Positions 46,396-54,863 of a DNA stretch of 64,000 nt are shown here, piece after piece. How positions within the stretch are numbered: position 1 is the first letter of the stretch; each line of letters begins with the position of its first letter. Below the pieces are notes generated by a model. That model was not told the DNA's origin and ran no database searches. It saw only the letters and a list, made by a program, of their open reading frames with translations. Source of the stretch: SAR202 cluster bacterium (GTDB taxonomy: Bacteria > Chloroflexota > Dehalococcoidia > Lucifugimonadales > UBA3495); contig VGZV01000003.1 of assembly GCA_016872385.1 (NCBI GenBank), forward strand, positions 7,294-71,293, given 5' to 3'. The translations under genes and the position numbers were made by a program.

Positions 46396-48021
46396 ATGTC
46401 TGGTAAGGTTCTTGCTGCCCTGTTGTCCGCTTTAGTTGCCTTCATGGTCGTGGCCTGTGGGCCTGTTGCGGCTCCGCCCACGGTTACGCCTGCGGTTCCC
46501 GGGGACCTCCCTGCCGGAGTTACTCCAGTCGCAACACCCACGCCTGCCACTGCTCCAGCCAGGGGGGAAGTCATCCTCCGGGTGGGCGTGCCTTTGTTAC
46601 TCCAGCCGCCTGATCCCATTAAAGGCGGAGGCTTTAATGCCATTAACACCGGCCTGGGGGAGACTCTCTACAAGCTGAACAGCAAGCTGGAGCCGGAGCC
46701 CTGGCTGGCCGCCCGCGCCCGGCAGCTGGATGAAAAGACCTGGGAAATCTCTCTGCGCCAGGGCGTCAAATTCCACAATGGCGTGCCACTGGATGCCGCT
46801 AAAGTGAAAGCCTCCCTGGACCGGGCCATCGCCAAGTCTGCTACGGCTAAAGCTCTGCTTGATGCGGCACAAATTGAGGCCAAGGATGCAGTCACGCTTG
46901 TTGTCGTCACCAACAAGCCCAACCTCATATTGCCTGCCATTCTGGCAGAACCGTCCACGGTGATTGTGGAGGCGGCCGCGGCTGACGCCCTTGGCGACGC
47001 CTTTGCTGAAAAACCTGTATTGACCGGCCCATTCAAGATGGACCGGTTTCAGCAAGACAAGGAATGGTCGGTGGTGCGGCACCAAGAATAATGGGGTCAG
47101 CCACCCCAGGCAGACCGGGTGGTATTCTCGGTCCTGCCCGATAACACTACCCGCGTCCTGAGCCTGCAAAGCGGTGACATTGATATTGCCCACTACGTGG
47201 CGCCGGAAAGCGTAGCCACCCTGAACACATCTAGCAACTTGGCGGTTGCTACTGCGCCGCCGGTGGCCCTGGCGTACATGTACATTAACCACCGGCGCGG
47301 GCCATGGCAGGATTTGCGGGTGCGTCAGGCCATTGCCCAAGCCGTTGACCGGGAGGCGTTGGTGCGGGCGGTGATGCAGGGGCAAGCCATTGCTGCCACT
47401 GGCCCCTTTCCGCCGTCGGTACTGGACTGTGGCAGCCGGGTGAAGGGCCAGCCCTTCAATCCGGGCCAAGCCAGGCAGTTGCTGGCCCAGGCAGGCTACC
47501 AGGACAGTTCTGGCGACGGCTACCTGGATAAGGACGGCCAGACCCTGGTCATGACCCTGGTTACTTACCGCCAGCGCCCGGAACTGGTGCCCATAGCCGA
47601 GACTATCCAGGCCAGCCTTAAAAACATTTGCATCAAGGTGGAAGTGCGGATGGTGGAGAACATCAACAACGCGCTGGCCCAGTCCGACTGGGACGGTGGA
47701 ATGTACTTCAATAACATGGCCACCACCGGAGACCCCTACTGGGGGCTTTCCCAGTTCTTTGTAACTGGCGGCCCCGCCAACCGCGGGGGATTCAGCAGTG
47801 CAAAGGTGGATGCCCTGGCCCAGCAAGTATCCCAAACTTCCCTTCGCCAGACTCGCCAGCAGCTAGCCTGTGAAGCATCCCAGGCGGTGGTGGACGAGGT
47901 AGCCACCGTTCCTCTTCTGTACCCGAATTTTAATTACGGCGTATCCAGGCAGGTGACTGGGTTTGGCAGTCCCCATCCCTTCTTCCTTTATTTCCTGGAT
48001 TCAACTCTCGGCAAGCGCTGA
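46396..48021 (+). pseudogene. ABC transporter substrate-binding lipoprotein, family 5 (NikA/OppA/DppA type), interrupted by an in-frame TAA
   Basis: AAGGAGG RBS, signal peptide with lipobox VVAC, and family-5 pattern (PWLAARARQLDEKTWEISLRQGVKFHNG). The 46225 and 47119 ORFs are in the same frame, separated only by TAA at 47089-47091 within ...VVRHQE*WGQPPQADRVVFSVLPDN, where homologues have YWG. Confidence 0.8.
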
Positions 48022-48044
48022 ACTCTGTCGAAAGGAGCCCCTCA

Positions 48045-48984
48045 ATGAAGCCATTTGCGTTGGGTTTAGGACTTTCGCTTATTTTGGCTGCCCTGCTGGC
48101 GGCTGCCTGCGGCCCCACCGCAACGTCTCCCACGGCAGCGCCTGGGCCTGCCGCTACGCCCGCAGGTGTAGCGACTGCTCCAAAAAATGCGACGCTGGTG
48201 GTGGGCCTTCCCTTTATCAGCCAGCCGCCGGACCCAGTGCGTGGCGGGTTTCAGCCGGTCCAAACTGGCGTCGCTGAAACCCTTTTCAAGCTAGGCAGAG
48301 ACCTCAAGCCGGAGCCCTGGCTGGCCACCGGCGCCCGCCAGCTGGATGACAAGACCTGGGAGATTGCCTTGCGTCAGGGCGTCAAGTTCCATGATGGCGC
48401 GGTCATGGACGCAGCGGCGGTCAAGGCTTCCCTGGCCAGGCGGCTGCTGGCGGAGGCGGGATGGGTGGACGCTGACGGCGACGGAGTGCTGGACAAGAAC
48501 GGCCAACCGTTGGCGCTGAAGCTGCTCACTTACAAGCAGCGCCCGGAGCTTCCCCCATGGCTGAGGCCATTCAAGGGGCGCTAAAGGCTGTGGGCGTCAA
48601 AGTAAACGTGGTCACGGTGGAACAGATTGACCCGGCCTTGAAGCAAGGCGACTGGGACGGGGTCATGTACTTTACAACTATGGGTATTTCCGGCGACCCG
48701 TACCTGAACATTGCCCAGTACTTCACCACAGGCGGCGGCGCCAACTTTGGCGGGTACTCCAGTCCCTCGGTGGACCAGGGGGCCTCGCGCTTGAGCGTGG
48801 CTGCGGTAGGCACGGGCGGACGCAACTGGCTTGTGAAGCATCGCGGGCCATTGTGGAGGAGGTGGCTATTGTACCCCTCCTGTACCCCAACTTCCTCTTT
48901 GGAGTTTCCAGCAAGGTCACGGGTTTTGATGCGCCGCACCCCTTTTCTTGGTACTTCATAGACAACCGGCTGGGGAAGCGGTAA
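48045..48984 (+). pseudogene. Decayed paralogue of the family-5 substrate-binding lipoprotein
   Basis: Signal peptide with lipobox AAAC. Aligns to the upstream gene but lacks the equivalent of about 46820-47470 (about 217 codons; junction near 48435). Frame changes at the C5 run 48552-48556 and again near 48800-48825. The last frame ends ...PLLYPNFLFGVSSKVTGFDAPHPFSWYFIDNRLGKR*. Confidence 0.75.
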
Positions 48985-49088
48985 CTTGGGCGCATACTTT
49001 GCCTGCTGGTTGGCGGCCGGGGTTTATCAGTGCGCGACGATCTCTATCCCCGGCCGCCTTGGGGACAGCGGTATAGGAAAGTGAAGGA

Positions 49089-49937
49089 ATGAGCCTTAGG
49101 CCGTTGGGTTTGGACTCCACCGGGCATCCCTTGGTTGAAAGCATGGTTCGCGCCGCGAAGCTGGGGGCGCCCTTCGCCCTGCCGGTGCGTGACGCCGCCG
49201 AAGAGGGCTGGCTGGAGGCCCGCGTCCTGTTTCAGGGGCAAGACCAGGTCCTGGGTGACATGGCGCTGGCCTACGGGCGGGAGCGTTGGGAGTCGTCCAA
49301 TCCCCATGTGGCTGGGTCTGCCTTTCTCATTGCCTACCTGACCCGCGTTATCTGGCCAGTGGTGGGCCAGTACGTGCGCGAGCGGCGGCTGCCCAAGGTC
49401 ACCCTGGACAATCTCTCCCTGCACCGGGATGGTGAGCGCATTGTGGGCACGGCGCTCAATCGTCCCCTTTTTGCCGTGCTGCCCGGCGACCCGGCGGCCG
49501 GCCACCCCGACGCCCAGGTGGCGCCGGACCAGCAGGCCCTCTACGCCTTGCTGAAGCAGTGGCTTTTTGAGGAGAACCTCAGCATGGTAGTCCCGGCCCT
49601 GCACCGGGCGGCCCGCGCCAGCTACCCGGTCTCCCGCAATGCGGTGGCCGCCTCCTTTGCCCAGGCTTTTCACTGGCTGTCTTACGGCGGCGGAGATGCC
49701 CAAGGGCTGCTGCGGGAGGCCCAACGTTTCTTTGCGGATCCTGCTTCTCCCCTGTTCCGGCAGGCAACGGTGGAACTGTTGGAGCAGGATGGCAGGCGGG
49801 GCTTGTTTGCCCGGCGGGCGGGGTGCTGCCTGTGGTGGCGCTCGCCCCGGGCCACGGACTACTGCTCCAACTGCATCCTGGTGCCCAGGGAAGAACAGAC
49901 CCGCCGCTTCCTGGAGTTGCTGGCGGGCGGGAACTGA
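49089..49937 (+). CDS. FhuF-like (2Fe-2S)-binding protein / putative ferric-chelate reductase family
   Basis: 282 aa. The C-terminal cysteine cluster GCCLWWRSPRATDYCSNCILV (CC-x11-C-x2-C) resembles the FhuF C-terminal Fe-S motif. Confidence 0.6.
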   Translation: MSLRPLGLDSTGHPLVESMVRAAKLGAPFALPVRDAAEEGWLEARVLFQGQDQVLGDMALAYGRERWESSNPHVAGSAFLIAYLTRVIWPVVGQYVRERRLPKVTLDNLSLHRDGERIVGTALNRPLFAVLPGDPAAGHPDAQVAPDQQALYALLKQWLFEENLSMVVPALHRAARASYPVSRNAVAASFAQAFHWLSYGGGDAQGLLREAQRFFADPASPLFRQATVELLEQDGRRGLFARRAGCCLWWRSPRATDYCSNCILVPREEQTRRFLELLAGGN

Positions 49938-49941
49938 GGCG

Positions 49942-50889
49942 TTGCACAACTACCTGGCCCGCCGCCTGCTAACCGTGCCTTTGCTGCTGCTGGGCATCTC
50001 CCTAATTACCTTTACCTTGCTGAACCTGGCTCCAGGCGATCCTGCCGACATCTTGCTGCGCTTGCAGAACCCTGGTGTGGAGCCTCCCCGGGAGGCGGTG
50101 CTGGCCTTTCGTCGCGAATTGGGGCTGGATGACCCGCTGTGGACCCGGTACAGCCGCTGGCTGGGCCAGGCGCTCATGGGTGATTTGGGCGTCTCCTACC
50201 GCACCGGCGGCCCCATTGTCAGCGAGCTGGCCCAGCGCCTGCCTGCCACCCTGTTGCTGGCAGGGGCCAGCCTGGGTTTGGCGGTGCTTCTGGGGATTCC
50301 CCTGGGCATTCTGGCCGCAGTTTTTAAAGGCTCCCCGATGGATGGCATGGCAAGACTGTTGGCCTTGGCGGGAGCCACGGTGCCCAGCTACGTGCTGTCC
50401 CTGCTCCTGATTCTGGCCTTTGCCGTTACCCTCCACTGGCTGCCTGCCATTGGGTACGGCGGTATCCGCCACCTGGTCATGCCTGCCGTGGCCTTGTCCG
50501 CTGGGCTGGCGGCCCAGTTGATGCGGCTCAGCCGCGCCAGCCTGCTGGAAACATTGACCCAGGACTACATGCGCACCGCCAGGGCTAAAGGCCTGCGAGA
50601 GCGGACCGTGGTGCTGCGCCACGGTTTCAAGAATGCCCTGCTGCCGGTAGTCACCATTACCGGAATCGGGATGGGCCACTTGCTGGGTGGAGCGGTAATA
50701 GTAGAGACCATTTTTGGCTGGCCGGGGGTGGGCAAGTACGCCGTGGACGCCATCTTCCTCCGGGACTACCCGGTGGTGCAGGCCGTGGTGCTTTACCTGG
50801 CGGTAATCTTTCTGCTGGTGAACTTTGGGGTGGACGTGGTGTACCGCTGGCTGGACCCGCGCTTGGACTTTGCCGGGCGGGCGGGTTAG
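49942..50889 (+). CDS. ABC transporter permease (DppB/NikB/OppB type)
   Basis: The tracked ORF (49639) overlaps the upstream gene. An in-frame TTG at 49942 follows the FhuF-like stop. N-terminus HNYLARRLLTVPLLLLGISLITFTLLNLAPGDP and an EAA-loop region (YMRTARAKGL). Confidence 0.85.
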   Translation: MHNYLARRLLTVPLLLLGISLITFTLLNLAPGDPADILLRLQNPGVEPPREAVLAFRRELGLDDPLWTRYSRWLGQALMGDLGVSYRTGGPIVSELAQRLPATLLLAGASLGLAVLLGIPLGILAAVFKGSPMDGMARLLALAGATVPSYVLSLLLILAFAVTLHWLPAIGYGGIRHLVMPAVALSAGLAAQLMRLSRASLLETLTQDYMRTARAKGLRERTVVLRHGFKNALLPVVTITGIGMGHLLGGAVIVETIFGWPGVGKYAVDAIFLRDYPVVQAVVLYLAVIFLLVNFGVDVVYRWLDPRLDFAGRAG

Positions 50890-50898
50890 GGCCGCCTG

Positions 50899-51756
50899 AT
50901 GCCACAGCCGCTGCAACGGTTTTTGCGAGACCCTTCGGCGTTGCTGGGGTTGGCCATAATTACTGTGGCGGCGGCGGCGGCGCTGCTGGCCCCATTGCTG
51001 GCTCCCCAGGGCCCGACGCTGGTGGACCTGGAGCGGCGGCTGGCCTCGCCAGACAGGCACTTCTGGCTGGGCGCCGACCATCTGGGCCGGGACGTGCTTA
51101 GCCGCGTGCTGTATGGCGCACGTACCACCCTGGGGGCCGCCGGGCTTACATTATCGGTAATCATGGTTATCGCCGTTCTCGTGGGTATCCTGGCCGGTTA
51201 CCACGGCGGCTGGCTGGACACCATGCTAATGGCGCTGGCGGACTTACTGCTGGCTTTTCCTGCCCTGGTGCTGGCCCTGGCCATTGCCGGAACGCTGGGG
51301 CCGAGCCTGCTTAACGTGATGATGGCGGTGGCGCTGGTCTGGTGGGCAGGTTACGCCCGGCTAATTCGGGGTATGGTGTTGTCGGTGCGGCAGCGGGAGT
51401 TTGTGGAGGCGGCGCGGGCCGTGGGCGCTGGCGACTGGCGCATTATGGTGCATCACGTGCTGCGGAACATCCTTGGGCCGATGGTGGTGCTGGTCACCCT
51501 GGACATGGGTCTGATTATCCTGGGGTTGTCCGGCTTGAGTTTCCTGGGCCTTGGCAGCCAGCCTCCCACGCCGGAATGGGGCGCTATGCTCAACGACGGC
51601 CGCCCCTTTCTCCAGTCAGCGCCGCGGCTGATGCTGTATCCAGGCGCAGCCATCTGCCTGGTGGTGCTTGGCTTCAACCTGCTGGGTGATGGCCTCCGGG
51701 ATTTGCTGGACCCCACGGTTGTTCATGGGTGGAAATCCCCGCGTCGCCCGGGGTAA
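50899..51756 (+). CDS. ABC transporter permease (DppC/NikC/OppC type)
   Basis: 285 aa. HFWLGADHLGRDVLSRVLYGAR and EFVEAARAVGAG (EAA loop). Confidence 0.85.
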   Translation: MPQPLQRFLRDPSALLGLAIITVAAAAALLAPLLAPQGPTLVDLERRLASPDRHFWLGADHLGRDVLSRVLYGARTTLGAAGLTLSVIMVIAVLVGILAGYHGGWLDTMLMALADLLLAFPALVLALAIAGTLGPSLLNVMMAVALVWWAGYARLIRGMVLSVRQREFVEAARAVGAGDWRIMVHHVLRNILGPMVVLVTLDMGLIILGLSGLSFLGLGSQPPTPEWGAMLNDGRPFLQSAPRLMLYPGAAICLVVLGFNLLGDGLRDLLDPTVVHGWKSPRRPG

Positions 51757-51759
51757 TAC

Positions 51760-52905
51760 TCACGCCTTAACATGCTCAGCCCCGGCAGCCGCCGCCCGCG
51801 CAATTTCCTCCACCGCCAGGTCAATTTCCGCGTCAGTAGTGTAGCGGCCCACAGAGAAGCGCAGAGTCCCCATAGCATAGTCCAGGGGCACGTTCATGGC
51901 CTTGAGCACGTCGGATATGGATACCTGGTCACTGTGGCAGGCCGCTCCCGCCGATGCCGCCACTCCCCGCAGGCGCGCCAGCACTTCGTTGGCCTTTTCC
52001 CCCCGGAGGCTGATGCTGGAGGTATTGGGGAGGCGGAGGGTTGGGTGGCCGTTGACTCGCAGGTCTGGGAAGCGGCGGCGCAGCCCCTGCTCCAGCCGGT
52101 CGCGCATCCGGCCCATGCCAGACTGGTATTCCTCCAGGTGGCGGCTAATCAATTCGCATGCCTGCCCCAGCCCAACCACTTCAATCACGTTTTCCGTTCC
52201 GGCCCGCCAGCCCATCTCGTGGCTGGCCCCGTGCATCTGCTTCTCCAGTTTGATGCCGCTCCTGACGTATAGCGCGCCTACGCCCTTGGGAGCGTACAGC
52301 TTGTGCCCGGCCACGGAAAGCAAGCCCACCCCCAGGTCATCTACGTTGACCGGAATCTTGCCGATGGACTGGGCGCAGTCGCTGTGGACTATCACGCCAT
52401 GCCGGTGGGCAATGTCGGCAATCTGCCGGATGGGCTGGATGGTTCCCACCTCGTTATTGGCGTGCATGACGGTGACCAGGATGGTGCGGGGCGTAATGGC
52501 CCGCTCCACCGCAGCCGGGTCCACCATGCCGTACTGGTCCACCGGCAGGTACGTTACGGCACAGCCCTGAGTCTCCAGGTGCTTGCAGACTTCGATGACT
52601 GCGGGATGCTCCACGGCGGAAGTGATAATGTGGTTGCCGCGGCTCCGGTATGCTCCAGCCACGCCCTTGATGGCGTAGTTGTTGGCTTCGGTGCCGCCGC
52701 TGGTGAAGACCACCTCCTGGGGAACTGCCCCCAGCAGGGCGGCTACCTGGCCGCGGGCCTGCTCCACCGCCTGTTTGGCGGCTGCGCCGAAGGAGTGGCC
52801 GCTGGAGGGGTTGCCGAAATAGCTGTGGATGTAGGGCAGCATGGCTTGCGCCACCTGCGGGTCAATGGGCGTTGTTGCATTGTAGTCTAGGTAAATTTCA
52901 GCCAT
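51760..52905 (-). CDS. Cysteine desulfurase (NifS/IscS-like, class V aminotransferase)
   Basis: IYLDYNATTP N-terminus, PLP lysine in SVAGHKLYAPKGVGALY, catalytic cysteine in SAGAACHS. Confidence 0.9.
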   Translation of the reverse strand: MAEIYLDYNATTPIDPQVAQAMLPYIHSYFGNPSSGHSFGAAAKQAVEQARGQVAALLGAVPQEVVFTSGGTEANNYAIKGVAGAYRSRGNHIITSAVEHPAVIEVCKHLETQGCAVTYLPVDQYGMVDPAAVERAITPRTILVTVMHANNEVGTIQPIRQIADIAHRHGVIVHSDCAQSIGKIPVNVDDLGVGLLSVAGHKLYAPKGVGALYVRSGIKLEKQMHGASHEMGWRAGTENVIEVVGLGQACELISRHLEEYQSGMGRMRDRLEQGLRRRFPDLRVNGHPTLRLPNTSSISLRGEKANEVLARLRGVAASAGAACHSDQVSISDVLKAMNVPLDYAMGTLRFSVGRYTTDAEIDLAVEEIARAAAAGAEHVKA

Positions 52906-52951
52906 GCTGCACCCCCTTTCCTTCCCCCTTTCCCAAGCCGCCCTGGTCTTG

Positions 52952-53081
52952 GTAGTGGGTCAATTTGGTCTTTGTCGTTCCGGCCCAAGCTGGAACCCAA
53001 TGGCGCCCCTCGTCCATATCTTTATCTGGGCACTGGCTTCCGCCGGTGCAACGGATGGCGCCTAAGCAAACTGACCTCTAC
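52952..53081. mobile_element. MITE-like element, family A, copy 4 (about 130 bp)
   Basis: GTAGTGGGTCAATTTGG ... CAAACTGACCTCTAC. Flanked by a perfect 12-bp direct repeat CCCTGGTCTTGG (52941-52952 and 53081-53092). Confidence 0.8.
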
Positions 53082-53426
53082 CCTGGTCTTGGCATACGGG
53101 TTCCGGTATATTGCGGCATGGTCTGATTGTATCCCTGCCTCGACCGCAGTCAATACCGCAACCTAAGCGAAAAGACCCTTATCCTTGTCGTCAGGCACCT
53201 CCGGCCAAGGGGAAGTCCCTACCTCAAAAAAGGTGTATCGCCTCTTAGCTTTAGTTGCTGGTCTATCTACTCTTTAATTAGCCGGAATTTCAGTTGCCGG
53301 GACGCGGCCCGCTTGCGCCGATTCCCCTGCCGCGGGCCGCAGGGTTGGAGCCATACTGCTGCTTTCCGGCAATATCCTTTCCGCCGGCTCTCGACCAGGG
53401 GAAAGGACCGGCCGGAGGGCAAGATT

Positions 53427-54649
53427 ATGAGCGTGCTAGTAGTGGATGACACGGTAGAAGTGCGTCAGGCCATTGTAGCCATGCTTAAAAGCGCGTGCTA
53501 CAAGGACATTGCCACTGTGTCATCAGCCGTTGAAGCCCTGGCGTTTCTCGGCATTCCCGACAAGCTACACGAACCGTGTTCCGTGGAACTGGTGTTGATG
53601 GATGTAAACATGCCCGGCATAGATGGACTGGAGGGATGCCGCCGCATTAAAGCCGCGCCGGAACGCAAGGACATTCCAGTAATTGTTCTCACTGGAAACA
53701 GAGACCCAGGCATCCTGCAAGCATCCTTCACTGCTGGAGCATCGGACTATCTTGCCAAGCCCCCCCATCCTTTGGAGTTGCTAGCCCGCGTCAAGTCGGC
53801 CCTCGGCCTTAAGCGGGAGATGGACCACCGGAAACTGGCCCATATTTCTGACTTGGAAAACAAGAACCGGGAACTGGAAGTGGCCTACCGGCAGCTGGAG
53901 GCAAAAAACCGCGAGCTGGAGGAAGCCTCCATTGCCAAGACCCAGATTCTTTCCACCGCTACCCACGAGCTAAAGACGCCCCTGACCAGCATGTAGGATA
54001 TGTGGACCGCCTGCTGCACCAGCAGTCCACCGTGGGGGCCCTTAACGAAAGGCAACTGCGGTATCTGGAAACCGTCCAGAAGAACTCCTACCGCCTCAAG
54101 GTGCTGCTGAATGATTTGCTGGATGTTTCCCGCATTGAGGCTGGCAGCCTGGAACTGAAGCTGGAGGCAGTGGACGTGGGCCGGGAAGTGGAAGAGGTGG
54201 TGACGTCCATGCAAACTCAGATTCGCCAGAAGCAGACCCAGGTGTCGGCGGACATTCCTGTTGGGAAGTACCTCGTCAGGGGTGACCGGCTCCGGTTCAG
54301 CCAGGTTATTACCAACCTTCTGAGCAATGCCGTCAAGTATTCCCCTGCCGGGGCGGCGGTGACCCTATCCGCATCCCATGCGGACGGCAATGTGGAGGTG
54401 CGCGTGGCCGATGCGGGCATAGGTATATCGGCGGACAACCAGGCCAGGCTGTTTACCAAGTTTTTCCGGGTGGACAACACCTCAACGCGCCAGGAGTCCG
54501 GCACCGGCCTGGGTCTTTACATAACCAAGCATCTGGTAGAAGCCCACGGGGGCGCAATTCAGGTGGAAAGCCAGGAAGGCAAGGGCACCTCCATGCGACT
54601 GCTCTGGCCCCAGGCAGGGGCTGAGGCAGCTGGCGCCTTGGCGGCGTGA
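53427..54649 (+). pseudogene. Hybrid REC-HisKA-HATPase histidine kinase, interrupted by a 1-nt frameshift in the H box
   Basis: GGAGGG RBS. REC domain (MSVLVVDD, LVLMDVNMPGIDG), coiled coil, H box STATHELKTPLTSM*. A shift near 53991 restores ...LTS(I)VGYVDRLL and continues into the 54002-54649 ORF, which has N, G1 and G2 boxes (NLLSNAVKY, DAGIGI, GTGLGL). Confidence 0.8.
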
Positions 54650-54689
54650 ACAGAACAGCGCGCCAACAGCTTCTTGGACTGCCGCGACA

Positions 54690-54790
54690 GTAGGAGTCTT
54701 TGCGACATTCCCGATCGTGGTGAGCATATCGAACCATGAGCGAGTCAGGGTCAGCTCATCCTTCCACAAGCTCTGGTTGAGCGGCCAATG
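54690..54790. repeat. Degenerate hairpin-module repeat
   Basis: GATCGTGGTGAGCATATCGAACCATGAGCG resembles the CTCGTGGTGAGCCTGTCGAACCACGAGCG module. Confidence 0.5.
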
Positions 54791-54863
54791 TGAATGGCAA
54801 TTCTCACCTGCGCAGTAAGAAACCTGGACCTTTGGCAACTACTCTCTACCGGGGAAGGTTAAC

